Shown: in pieces, positions 18,650-27,841 of the stretch
Layout of the letters: every line of letters starts with the position of its first letter
How positions within the stretch are numbered: position 1 is the stretch's first letter
Assembly: GCA_964225545.1 (NCBI GenBank)
Contig: CAXQPB010000037.1
Span: forward strand, 1,989 to 65,988
DNA: 64,000 nt
Direction of reading: 5' to 3'
Source of the DNA: Nitrosopumilus sp.
GTDB taxonomy: Bacteria > Desulfobacterota > Binatia > UBA1149 > SPBQ01
Notes under the pieces: model-generated
What the model was told of the DNA's origin: nothing
The model's database searches: none
Seen by the model: the letters and a program-made list of their open reading frames with translations, nothing else
Program-made: the position numbers and the translations under genes

Positions 18650-20224
18650 TCAGATCGCCCGGTCCTGCCCCTCCCAGTACGGGTCGCGCAACCTGCGCTT
18701 GTACAGTTTCCCGTTGGGGTCGCGGGGCATCTCGTCGGTGAAGTCGAAACTGCGCGGCGTCTTCATCTTGCCTACGCGCTCTATGCAGTATGCCATCAGC
18801 TCATCGGCGAGCTCATCACCGGCCGTTGCGCTGGAGGCCGGCTCGATGACCGCCTTGATCTCCTCACCCCAGTCATCGTTCGGGATACCGAACACCGCCA
18901 CGTCGGCAACCTTCGGATGAAGGCTCAACGCATTCTCGATCTCGGCTGGATAGATATTGGCACCGCCCGAGATGATCATGTCGATCTTGCGATCACACAG
19001 GAACAGGAAGCCTTCCTCGTTCAGGTAGCCGATATCGCCGACCGTGAAGAAGGTTTTTCCGTCCTCGGTGTTGATGCGATTCTTACGCGTTTTTTCCGAA
19101 TCGCCCTTGTACTCGAACTTCTGGGTGTCACCGAGCAGGATGAACACGGTCCCGCGTTCCCCCGTTTCGAGCTGCTTCTCATCGTCATCGAAAATGCGGA
19201 TCTCCGAGCCCATCCACGCCTTGCCGACGGTGCCGGGATATTTTCGCCACTCCTCAGGCGTCACGATCGTGCCGCCGCCTTCGGTAGCCGCATAGTACTC
19301 GTAGATCGAGTCCCCCCACCAGTCGATCATCGCCCGTTTGACGTCCGGCGGACACGGCGCTGCCGCGTGAATCATCGTTCGTGTACTGGAAACGTCGTAC
19401 TTGGCCTTGACGTCATCCGGCAGTCGAAGCAGCCGGTTGAACTGCGTCGGAACCATATGACTGGTTGTGCAGCGGTAACGGTCGATCAGCCGCAGCATAT
19501 CTTCCGCCTCCCACTTGTCCATGAGAACGACCGCGTGCCCGTAGTGCAGTGCCGTTGTCGAATGGATCAGCGGCGCGGTGTGATACAGCGGGGAACCGCA
19601 GATGTGGACGTTATCGTCTTCGGCCTGGATACCGAACATCCCGAGGAACACCGTCATCAGCGCGAAGATGTCATCCGGCGCGAAATCGACCGGGGCAAGG
19701 TCCCGGCGAACCCCTTTGGGATTTCCGGTCGTGCCGGAGGTGTAGTTCATCACGGCGCCGGCACACCGGTCCGTGGGAGGATTCTCCGATTGGCCCTCTC
19801 CGAGTTCCGAAAACGGCCGAAACCCTTCGACGCTTCCGATGGCATAACAGACGTCGGAGGGCATCTCGGCATCGGCGGCGGCACGCCGGCAGACGTCAGC
19901 GCAGCGCTCGTGCCCGACAAAGACCTTCGCACCACAGTCTTTCAGAATGTAGGCCACCTCCGGCGGTGCGAGGTGCCAGTTGATCGGCGTCAGGTACGCT
20001 CCGATCTGCGTGCATGCCAGGTGCAATGCATAATACTCGGCGCAGTTGACCGCATTGATCGCGACCGCATCGCCACGCGCGACTCCGGCGGCTCTCAGTC
20101 CGTTCGCGATACGATTGGCGGAGGCGTGCAGTTCTCCGCGGTTCCATTCCCTGCCATCGGGGTCGACAAGTGCGAGCTTTTCAGGCGCTTCCTGCGCGAG
20201 CTTCCAGAATCCGAGCGTACTCAA
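18650..20224 (-). CDS. AMP-dependent synthetase/ligase (acyl-CoA synthetase, long/medium-chain fatty-acid CoA ligase family).
   Basis: AMP-binding signature (YTSGTTGNPKGV), the overall ANL-superfamily layout and a 524 aa length. Confidence 0.85.
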   Translation of the reverse strand: MSTLGFWKLAQEAPEKLALVDPDGREWNRGELHASANRIANGLRAAGVARGDAVAINAVNCAEYYALHLACTQIGAYLTPINWHLAPPEVAYILKDCGAKVFVGHERCADVCRRAAADAEMPSDVCYAIGSVEGFRPFSELGEGQSENPPTDRCAGAVMNYTSGTTGNPKGVRRDLAPVDFAPDDIFALMTVFLGMFGIQAEDDNVHICGSPLYHTAPLIHSTTALHYGHAVVLMDKWEAEDMLRLIDRYRCTTSHMVPTQFNRLLRLPDDVKAKYDVSSTRTMIHAAAPCPPDVKRAMIDWWGDSIYEYYAATEGGGTIVTPEEWRKYPGTVGKAWMGSEIRIFDDDEKQLETGERGTVFILLGDTQKFEYKGDSEKTRKNRINTEDGKTFFTVGDIGYLNEEGFLFLCDRKIDMIISGGANIYPAEIENALSLHPKVADVAVFGIPNDDWGEEIKAVIEPASSATAGDELADELMAYCIERVGKMKTPRSFDFTDEMPRDPNGKLYKRRLRDPYWEGQDRAI

Positions 20225-20318
20225 GGTTTTCGTTCCTCCCCTTCGTGTCGTTCGTGGGACCTGAGAATGTGTCCGACGGCGACGGCAGACGCGAATCCGC
20301 GGGGGCCCGAAGTCGCAA

Positions 20319-20750
20319 TCACTGCTTCCGTTCGAGAATGACGACCGGTATCCGCCGCCGCGTTCGGGCCTGATAGGCGTCGTAGTCCGGAGTGCGAGTC
20401 ACGACCTCGGCCCACAGTCTGTCGCGTTCCTCGCCTTCGGCCTCGCGCGAGCGTACGGCGAAGGTCCGGCCACCGACTTCTACCTGCGCATCGGGATGAG
20501 TCGTCAGATTCAGCCACCACGCCGGATGCCGGGGCTCTCCGAGATACGAAGCGATCACGACGAAATCATCGCCTCTGGGCAGGTATGTAAGCGCTCGCGT
20601 ACGCGCCTCGCCCGAGCGGCGTCCACGCGTGGTCAGCAGCAGGACCGGCATTCCCATCATATGCCCGCCGATCCGCCCACCGCTCCATCGGTAAAGCCGG
20701 GGGTGCACCTTCCAGAACATCTCTACAACCGCGTTTTTCTTTATCGCCAT
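20319..20750 (-). CDS. Deazaflavin (F420)-dependent nitroreductase-family protein (Ddn/DUF385-like, split-barrel).
   Basis: About 143 aa; MAIKKNAVVEMFWKVHPRLYRWSGGRIGG...VLLLTTRGRRSG is typical of the F420-dependent Ddn family. Start set at ATG 20748-20750. Confidence 0.7.
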   Translation of the reverse strand: MAIKKNAVVEMFWKVHPRLYRWSGGRIGGHMMGMPVLLLTTRGRRSGEARTRALTYLPRGDDFVVIASYLGEPRHPAWWLNLTTHPDAQVEVGGRTFAVRSREAEGEERDRLWAEVVTRTPDYDAYQARTRRRIPVVILERKQ

Positions 20751-20937
20751 GGTCTGTCGTTTTCCCGCTTCCGCCCTTGCCCGAGCGCAAGCGGGGCCCC
20801 CGCCCGATTTCCATAGGACAGCGGCGGCTCTCTTGAAAGCCACTGCCGGCCGGATCGCACGGAACGCGCACTTCCGAAATTCATAAAAAGTGGACAACGC
20901 GTTCGCGATGGCGCGTCGAAGGCCGTAACTCCGGTTT

Positions 20938-21726
20938 ATGGACGGCTCGATCGCACAGTTGCTGATGACCAACCTCGCTCTGGTTTTTGCGGCGATGCTG
21001 ACCCTCTGGGCCCTGAGCGTCGCTCTCGGCGATGCCAGCATTGTCGATATCTGGTGGGGCCCGGGCTTCGCGGCGGTTGCCGTGGCGTCGTATGTCATGG
21101 CTGCGGACGGCAACACACTGATCACGACTCTGACGGTGGTCTGGGGCTTGCGCCTGGGCATCTACCTTCTGGTCCGCAACGCCGGCAAGGGAGAGGATCC
21201 GCGATACCGGGCCATGCGCCGCCACCATGAGCAGCGCGGACGCAGTTTCGCGCTCGTCAGCCTGCTTACTGTATTCGGACTCCAGGGCGTCCTTCAGTGG
21301 TTCATCTCGCTGCCCGTCCAGCTCGCGCAGCATGCGGGAACCCCGCCGCTCTCGTCGTGGCCGGTAGCCGCGGGGACACTGCTGTGGGCAGTCGGGCTGT
21401 TCTTCGAGACGGTCGGCGACCTCCAGCTTTCTCGCTTCAAGAAAGACTCCGCGAGTCGCGGCCAGGTGATGGATCGTGGTCTGTGGCGATACACGCGCCA
21501 CCCGAACTACTTCGGGGACTTTTGCGTATGGTGGGGTCTGTACCTCGTCGCGCTCGGTTCTCAGGCGACGTGGATGTCCATCGGCAGCCCGCTGCTGATG
21601 AGCTTTCTGCTGATGCGCGTGTCCGGCGTCCCGATGCTGGAGCGGACGATCGGCAAACGGCGACCCGGCTACGCGGAGTACATCCGTCGCACGAGCGCCT
21701 TTTTCCCGATGCCGCCGCGGGGTTGA
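20938..21726 (+). CDS. DUF1295-family membrane protein (steroid 5-alpha-reductase / isoprenylcysteine carboxyl methyltransferase-like fold).
   Basis: Multiple TM helices and the C-terminal RHPNYFGDF motif characteristic of the family. Confidence 0.7.
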   Translation: MDGSIAQLLMTNLALVFAAMLTLWALSVALGDASIVDIWWGPGFAAVAVASYVMAADGNTLITTLTVVWGLRLGIYLLVRNAGKGEDPRYRAMRRHHEQRGRSFALVSLLTVFGLQGVLQWFISLPVQLAQHAGTPPLSSWPVAAGTLLWAVGLFFETVGDLQLSRFKKDSASRGQVMDRGLWRYTRHPNYFGDFCVWWGLYLVALGSQATWMSIGSPLLMSFLLMRVSGVPMLERTIGKRRPGYAEYIRRTSAFFPMPPRG

Positions 21727-21732
21727 CGCACG

Positions 21733-22722
21733 CTACCGCCGGGCGAGATCCTCACGAATCAGCCGAAGGCCCTGCTCGTAATCGATCCGGGGCTTCCAGC
21801 CGATCGATCGGAGACGCTCGGTGTCGAATCGGTTGTCCGAACCGATCAGATTGAGGGCCTCGAGCGGAAGGACCGTCGGGTCGATCGGGTCGCCGCATGC
21901 CGCGAGGTCTTCGTTGGCGCAAGCCGCCTCACGCAGCGCCGCCTGCGGCGCGCGCGGCAGCGGCGCTTTTCCGATCATCCCGGCGAGATCATCGAAGTAG
22001 CGTGCCCAGGTGACATCGAGGCCGTCACAAACATTGTACGTGCGGCCGACCGCATCCTCGTCAGAGGCAAGTAAGAGCAGCGCGTCGGCGAGATTGTCGA
22101 CGTGCAGCAGGCCGGCGTTGCCGCTGCCCTCGTCGAGCACAGCGAGCAGATCGGCCTCGATCATCGCCAGGATCCCCTCGACCCACGGCCCGCTACCGAC
22201 GCCGTAGACGTTCGATGGCCGAACAATCACGACTTCGAGGCCCGTCGCCTCACGAACCTCGTGAGCGATGTCTTCCTGCGCCTGCTTGGCGCGGCCGTAT
22301 GCCCCCTGGTACGCGCCTCGCGGGCTTTCTTCCGAGCAGAGATCCGCGGCGATGCGATCGCCGTAGGCACAAATCGATGTCGTTACTACCACTCGCGCGC
22401 CATGCTGCGCTGCGGCCTCGTAAATGTTTCGGCTGCCCTCGGCCGTAACGCTCCAGTGGTCCTCGTACGTTCCGCCTATTCCGACCAGCGCCGCGAGATG
22501 AATGACGGTCCCGACGCCCGATATGGCCGCCTCGACCGCGGCCCGGTCACGAACGTCGCCGCGAGCTACGCGTACACGCTCGCCCCACTGCGCAGGCAGC
22601 GCCTCGTCGGGAAGCGCCATCGCCACAACCGTTTGCCCGGACTCCAGAAGCGACGCGACAACGCGCCGGCCGATGAATCCGCCGGCACCGGTCACCAGCA
22701 CCGGTCCACGAAGATCACCCAT
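21733..22722 (-). CDS. NAD-dependent epimerase/dehydratase (extended SDR; 3-beta-HSD-like).
   Basis: GAGGFIG Rossmann motif near the N-terminus. Start at MGDLRGPVLVTGAGGFIG (ATG 22720-22722), 2 nt after the stop of the upstream ADH gene. Confidence 0.8.
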   Translation of the reverse strand: MGDLRGPVLVTGAGGFIGRRVVASLLESGQTVVAMALPDEALPAQWGERVRVARGDVRDRAAVEAAISGVGTVIHLAALVGIGGTYEDHWSVTAEGSRNIYEAAAQHGARVVVTTSICAYGDRIAADLCSEESPRGAYQGAYGRAKQAQEDIAHEVREATGLEVVIVRPSNVYGVGSGPWVEGILAMIEADLLAVLDEGSGNAGLLHVDNLADALLLLASDEDAVGRTYNVCDGLDVTWARYFDDLAGMIGKAPLPRAPQAALREAACANEDLAACGDPIDPTVLPLEALNLIGSDNRFDTERLRSIGWKPRIDYEQGLRLIREDLARR

Positions 22723-23770
22723 CACGGACCTCGAACCCGCCTTCACGCCAGGGCTCGACGAGAACCTTCACGTGTTCGTTCGGCGCAGAGAGAACTTCGA
22801 ACGCTTCGGAGACCCCATCGATTCCGACCTTGCCCGTCACCCAGAGCGAAGCGTCGAGTCCACCCGCCGAAATCGTCTCTACGGCGGCCATGAAGTCCTC
22901 GGGCGCGTAGTAAAACGCGAACTTCAGGTCGAGCTCCTTCTGCATCGCGATGAACGGCAGAATCGAGACGTCCTCTGTACACAGTCCCACGAAGACACAC
23001 GTCGCCTGCTGCGGAGCACGGTCGATAATCTGCGACAGCATGAAGGGGCGACCGACGCACTCGTAGATGACTACCGGCTGACCGGCAGCGTGCTCGTTGA
23101 TCCGGTCCATCTCCTCGCCACCGGCCGAATCGACGATATGCGTGGCCCCGCTCGCGGACGCCAGATCCCGCCTCGACTCGACCGGATCGGCTGCGACGAT
23201 TGTCTCTACGCCAGCACTACGCAGCGCGGTGATCACTGCCAGCCCGATCGGGCCGCACCCGAGAACGAGCGCGGCCTGCTGACCGTCGTGCCCGGAGCGC
23301 GCGACCGCGTGTATCCCGACAGCGAGCGGTTCGACCAGAGCGGCGGCCTCATCCGATACATGATCCGCGATCGGGATGAGAAGCGATTCGTTGCACAGGA
23401 AGTACTCCGAGTAGGCCCCGGGAACGCCGGGCTCGGCACCGATCGCCCGGTTCCCGTCGGCCGTCGGCAGGAAAGGCATCGAGCAGACGCGCTGACCGAC
23501 CGGGAGTTGCCGCTGAGTCTCGGGACCGAAGGCCGCGATCTCTCCGACGAACTCGTGACCAAGCGCGATCTCCAGCTCGAAGTCGTCCGGAAGCGGCATG
23601 CCGACGTGCTCCGCGATGTGAGCGAAGTCACCGGCATTGTGGACCATGTGGAGATCCGATCCGCAGATCCCGCAGGCGCGACTGCGGACCAGAACTTCGC
23701 CCGGGCCGGGCTCGGGTTTCGGCGTATCGTCTAACTCGATCCGGCCCTTACGGAGCAATACCGACTTCAT
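22715..23770 (-). CDS. Zinc-dependent alcohol dehydrogenase (MDR family; sorbitol/threonine-dehydrogenase-like).
   Basis: GHEFVGEI catalytic-Zn motif, the C-x2-C-x2-C structural Zn site and the GxGxxG NAD motif. Confidence 0.85.
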   Translation of the reverse strand: MKSVLLRKGRIELDDTPKPEPGPGEVLVRSRACGICGSDLHMVHNAGDFAHIAEHVGMPLPDDFELEIALGHEFVGEIAAFGPETQRQLPVGQRVCSMPFLPTADGNRAIGAEPGVPGAYSEYFLCNESLLIPIADHVSDEAAALVEPLAVGIHAVARSGHDGQQAALVLGCGPIGLAVITALRSAGVETIVAADPVESRRDLASASGATHIVDSAGGEEMDRINEHAAGQPVVIYECVGRPFMLSQIIDRAPQQATCVFVGLCTEDVSILPFIAMQKELDLKFAFYYAPEDFMAAVETISAGGLDASLWVTGKVGIDGVSEAFEVLSAPNEHVKVLVEPWREGGFEVRDG

Positions 23771-24303
23771 TTGGACGCCAGTTGCTCCTCACCCGACACG
23801 ATGACCTTGGGATCGGGATGTCCGGCCTCCGCGCACAGCGCACGATACACATCGAGAACGAACGACGCCGTGACCATCGACGTCACGTTTCCCTGCTCAT
23901 CGATATTGATGTTGGAGCCGTAGATCGCGAACCAGACCTCGGTCTGCTCTTCCTGGTCTGCCGGTACGGTCAGCGTGTGAACCGAGCCTGCGGGCTCGTA
24001 CAGGTACGATCCGGCCGTATTCTGGTACTGCGGATATTCTTTGTAGTTCCACCGCCCGGAGAGAGTGACCGCGAACACCGGGCCGGTATGGTAGTGCTTC
24101 TGAATCGTGACACCGGGATCGAAGCGGGTCTTCACGACCCACAGACCCTGCGAGAGGTCGATCTGGAGGACCTGCATATGCGTCCCGTCTCCAAGGTCGA
24201 CAAAGGGCAGATCGTCTTCTCCGATGTGGAGGGCTTCGGTCACACCGTGAGTCGGCACGACAGGGATCTGGAGCGGCATCGGTTCCGGCTGGGCTTCGGA
24301 CAT
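23767..24303 (-). CDS. Cupin-domain protein (2,4'-dihydroxyacetophenone dioxygenase-like).
   Basis: About 178 aa, His-containing cupin motifs (HYHTGPVF...). 4 nt overlap with the downstream ADH. Confidence 0.55.
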   Translation of the reverse strand: MSEAQPEPMPLQIPVVPTHGVTEALHIGEDDLPFVDLGDGTHMQVLQIDLSQGLWVVKTRFDPGVTIQKHYHTGPVFAVTLSGRWNYKEYPQYQNTAGSYLYEPAGSVHTLTVPADQEEQTEVWFAIYGSNINIDEQGNVTSMVTASFVLDVYRALCAEAGHPDPKVIVSGEEQLASK

Positions 24304-24325
24304 GGGTTCTAATCTCCTTTGACAA

Positions 24326-24622
24326 TCAGCGGGATTCGCTGTGGTCGTTCATCACCGCCGCGAGGTCGAGGTCCCGCGCGGTGATTCCACCCGAGTCGTG
24401 GGTCGTCAGTTCGACCTCGACAGTGGAATAGACGTTACGCCACTCCGGGTGATGGTTCATCTTCTCGGCCACGATCGCGACGGCCGTCATCCACGAGAAC
24501 GCGGTCACGAAATCGCCGAATCGGAACGTTTTCGCGATCCGGTCAGTCCCGCGGCGCTCCCAACCGGGAAGTCCGCGCAACCGATCGTCAACCGCGGCAA
24601 TTTCCAGACAATCACCTGCCAT
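24326..24622 (-). CDS. Pterin-4-alpha-carbinolamine dehydratase (PCD/DCoH).
   Basis: 98 aa; the conserved E-x-H-H-P motif (EKMNHHPEW). Confidence 0.85.
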   Translation of the reverse strand: MAGDCLEIAAVDDRLRGLPGWERRGTDRIAKTFRFGDFVTAFSWMTAVAIVAEKMNHHPEWRNVYSTVEVELTTHDSGGITARDLDLAAVMNDHSESR

Positions 24623-24974
24623 CCAGTCGCACTAGCAAGCGGCGGCCGCTGAAGGAACCCGCGGACGCGGCTGGCGCGGTATCGGCGCGCGCGCGTAGAA
24701 AGCTGCGAAACCGTGCCCCGTCTGGGGGTAAACCCGTCCTGCAGCGCCTCAGCGAGCCCCAGGGTAGTGGCGAAATGCTTCACCGATACCGAGGATCATC
24801 ACCAGCGATGAACCGGTCAATGCCGGACCGCAGCGTCTGTACAACACCGCTGTTCGGCGTTCAGCGCGTGAGATGCAAGGTAAGGGATTTTTGCTTCGCA
24901 GGGCTGCGCGCCTTGTGCGCCAGCACAGGAAGTCTACCCCCCTGATTCCCTGACGCAGAGCGTGCGCTTTGCCA

Positions 24975-25484
24975 TCAGCGGTCTTCGCGTTCCGGCCGGT
25001 AAGGCTTCTTCAGCCGCGGCTCTACACCTGCTTCGAGATACGGCTCGAGCCAACCGTGACCCGCATCCGGCCAGGCATCCACCATCGGCAGATACGGCTT
25101 GATATCGAGCAGCGGAGTTCCGTCGAGCAAGTCGATGCCGCGCACTTCGACGACCCCGCCACGGACGTCGACCGAACGGATCTGGACGCTCGTAAGCCCG
25201 ATCTGTGACGGGCGGTTCGGAGCACGCGTGGCGAAAACGCCGCGTTTCGGTCCGCCACGCGGCGGTTTGACGCGATTGGCCCATCCCGTGCTGCGGTCGA
25301 AGACGAAGAGCAACCATGCACGTTCAAACGAATCGAGATCAGCCAGCGCGTCACGATAATCGCCCGCGATCTCCAGCGTGCCCTCGCTTTCCGACGCGGC
25401 AGCCGGCTGATGAGGGGCATCTTCGCGGCGACGCCACGGCGTGCGGGCATGACCGATGATACGAAGCTCGAGTGCCGCGCCCAT
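24975..25484 (-). CDS. trmO: tRNA (adenine37-N6)-methyltransferase TrmO/TsaA (YaeB-like).
   Basis: Conserved IIGHARTPW...FATRAPNRPSQIGLT... TsaA motifs. Start chosen at MGAALELRIIG (ATG 25482-25484); the alternative is ATG at 25526. Confidence 0.7.
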   Translation of the reverse strand: MGAALELRIIGHARTPWRRREDAPHQPAAASESEGTLEIAGDYRDALADLDSFERAWLLFVFDRSTGWANRVKPPRGGPKRGVFATRAPNRPSQIGLTSVQIRSVDVRGGVVEVRGIDLLDGTPLLDIKPYLPMVDAWPDAGHGWLEPYLEAGVEPRLKKPYRPEREDR

Positions 25485-25531
25485 CGAAGCCGGACTTTGA
25501 GGCGCCGATCCGCCGGAGCTTTTCATACGGA

Positions 25532-25939
25532 TCAGCCGGGCAGACGCTCGAAGGTCGGCACGTCTTCGGGCACGAGGTGGAACGGTTGCTTGTCGCACGC
25601 GTAGATCACCACCTGCGGCCCCTCGAAACATGCCGGATCGTCGAAGGTTCCGACCTTGAACAGGACTGCGCCGGGCAGACCCTCGCTTCGCGTGAGCACG
25701 TGCGTCCCGCACTCCGCGCAGAACTCGCGCCCGACTGCACCGTCGAGATCGTTCCGGCGGAAAACTTTCGGAGCGCCTTTGGTGTAACGGAACCCCGCTT
25801 CGGCCATGCCCTGCACGTAATTCGGACCTCCACCCGAGATGTACTGACACTCGCGGCAGTGGCACTGTCCGCGAAAGAGTACGTCGCCGCTTGCCTGATA
25901 GCGAAGAGCCCCGCAGTAACATCCGCCTTCGACTTCCAT
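25532..25939 (-). CDS. GFA-family (glutathione-dependent formaldehyde-activating enzyme / CENP-V-like) Zn-binding protein.
   Basis: CYCGALRY...CHCRECQ...CAECGTH cysteine pattern typical of GFA domains. Confidence 0.8.
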   Translation of the reverse strand: MEVEGGCYCGALRYQASGDVLFRGQCHCRECQYISGGGPNYVQGMAEAGFRYTKGAPKVFRRNDLDGAVGREFCAECGTHVLTRSEGLPGAVLFKVGTFDDPACFEGPQVVIYACDKQPFHLVPEDVPTFERLPG

Positions 25940-26090
25940 AGTGAACCTCCGGATTCGGCGCGCTCGAACGCCGATGATCGGCGCATGCTACCCGCCGGCA
26001 GCATGCTTGCCCAGCACGTCGCACGCCGACTTGCCCGGGAGCCGCTCGCGTATATATGTTGCGCACGCGACAAATCCTCGCGGTGACCTC

Positions 26091-26570
26091 ATGACAGAGA
26101 CACATCTACCTGATTGCGGTTTGTACCGGACCGGGATCGCGCTCCCGTCGCGATCGGAAGACGTTCCGGCCGGATCGCTCGTCTACTTTCACAACCACAG
26201 CGACCAGGGCCCGCCGATGGTCGTCACGCCGCACGACAACGAGAACAACTGTTGGCGTTTTCATGAGCGCGGCTGGTCTGTCGAGGACAGCGACTTCGTA
26301 GAAAAGATGGTGCCGCTGAAACCCGAGGGGCTGTACCTCAACACCCGACACCTCCACATTACCCGTGAAGAGGTCATCCCCGAGCGCACGCTCATTCAGC
26401 TGGGATACAACCGGAAAGCCGATACGATCCTGTTCGTCGGACGCTTCGAGGGCAACGCCATCGTTTTTCCGCAGCAGGGATACGCGTTCGAATCCGCGCA
26501 GATCCAGGAGACACTCGAACCCGCGTTGTTCCACGTCCCGCGCAAGCCGAAGACCGAGGAGGTCAACTGA
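26091..26570 (+). CDS. Hypothetical protein (159 aa), no recognised domain.
   Basis: ORF with its ATG at 26091. The track's longer version (from 25941) carries an unlikely Arg-rich N-terminus. Confidence 0.45.
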   Translation: MTETHLPDCGLYRTGIALPSRSEDVPAGSLVYFHNHSDQGPPMVVTPHDNENNCWRFHERGWSVEDSDFVEKMVPLKPEGLYLNTRHLHITREEVIPERTLIQLGYNRKADTILFVGRFEGNAIVFPQQGYAFESAQIQETLEPALFHVPRKPKTEEVN

Positions 26571-26605
26571 GCAGCCGGTAACCGGCGCGCTCGCTACACA
26601 ACCAT

Positions 26606-27541
26606 ATGGCTTCCGGATCGAAAAAGGTCATCTACGCCGCGCTGATCGGCAACCTTCTGATCGCAATCACCAAGTTCATCGCCGGCGGGATCACCGGCAG
26701 CTCGGCCATGTTCTCCGAAGGCGTTCACTCGCTCGTCGATACCGGCAACCAGGGACTGCTGCTGCTCGGCCTGCGTCGAGCCGGCCAGGCTCCGGACGCT
26801 ACTCATCCTTACGGCTACGGGAAAGAGGTCTACTTCTGGAGCTTCGTCGTCGCGATCATGATTTTCGCGGTCGGCTCCGGAGTCTCCCTCTACGAGGGCA
26901 TCCATCGACTGCTCGACCCTCACCCGGTCTCAAGACCGCTGGTGAACTACATCGTACTCGCTCTCGCGATCGTCTTTGAAGGCGTGGCGTGGAAGATGGC
27001 GCTGAGCGAGTTCCAGGCGCAGAAGGGGAAACTCGGTTATCTCGAGGCTGTCCGGCGAGGAAAAGACCCGACCAACTTCGTGGTTCTGTTTGAGGACTCG
27101 GCGGCGATGCTCGGCTTGATCATCGCGCTCGCCGGCGTCGCGCTCGGTCAGATCACCGGCAATCCGATCTGGGACGGCGTCGCCGCGACATTGATCGGGA
27201 TCATCCTCGCATTGGTGGCAATCTGGCTCGCGTTCGAAACCAAGGGACTGCTGATCGGCGAATCCGCGCGCAGGGAAGTCGTGGAGGCCATTCAGCGGCT
27301 GGCCCGCGCAGCCGAGCACGTCGAGGCGGTCGGCGAAGTCCTGACCCTTCACATGGGTCCGAACTTCATCCTCGTAAATCTGAACGTCGGCTTCGCCGAT
27401 GTCAGCGCCGACGAGATCGAACATTCGATTGCCGGCCTCGATCGCGAGATCAAGTACCTGTTCCCGGAGGTCAAGCGCGTGTTCATCGAGGCGGAGGCGA
27501 TCAGCGGCAAACGCGGCCCGAAGAGCACCCCGCGCGGCTGA
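26606..27541 (+). CDS. Cation diffusion facilitator (CDF) family metal efflux transporter (CzcD/FieF-like).
   Basis: Six TM helices, the CDF signature (SEGVHSLVDTGNQ...) and a C-terminal cytoplasmic domain. Confidence 0.9.
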   Translation: MASGSKKVIYAALIGNLLIAITKFIAGGITGSSAMFSEGVHSLVDTGNQGLLLLGLRRAGQAPDATHPYGYGKEVYFWSFVVAIMIFAVGSGVSLYEGIHRLLDPHPVSRPLVNYIVLALAIVFEGVAWKMALSEFQAQKGKLGYLEAVRRGKDPTNFVVLFEDSAAMLGLIIALAGVALGQITGNPIWDGVAATLIGIILALVAIWLAFETKGLLIGESARREVVEAIQRLARAAEHVEAVGEVLTLHMGPNFILVNLNVGFADVSADEIEHSIAGLDREIKYLFPEVKRVFIEAEAISGKRGPKSTPRG

Positions 27542-27547
27542 ACTCGG

Positions 27548-27841
27548 ATGGACCTGCTCATGACTGCGGCGGCCTGGATGCCCGCGCTGATCTTCCCCGC
27601 CGCTACTTTCAGTCAGCTGCTCACAGTCTGGCGCGCCACGGACCGCTCGGCGGTAAGTATTCCAACGTGGTCGCTGTTCGGCTTCGCGAACCTCGGCGCG
27701 CTCGTACTCGCCGCTCCGGACGGCTCGATCGCATGGCTGCAGGCCGGGGTCGGCTTCGGCCTTACGGCCGTTCTCGATCTGCTGATCGTGATTGTCGCGG
27801 CTTCACGAATCGGCATCCCGGACGCTGCCGGCACTCACTGA
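27548..27841 (+). CDS. Small membrane protein (97 aa, 3 TM helices); possibly PQ-loop/SemiSWEET-like.
   Basis: Hydrophobicity pattern only. Begins 7 nt after the CDF stop. Confidence 0.4.
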   Translation: MDLLMTAAAWMPALIFPAATFSQLLTVWRATDRSAVSIPTWSLFGFANLGALVLAAPDGSIAWLQAGVGFGLTAVLDLLIVIVAASRIGIPDAAGTH

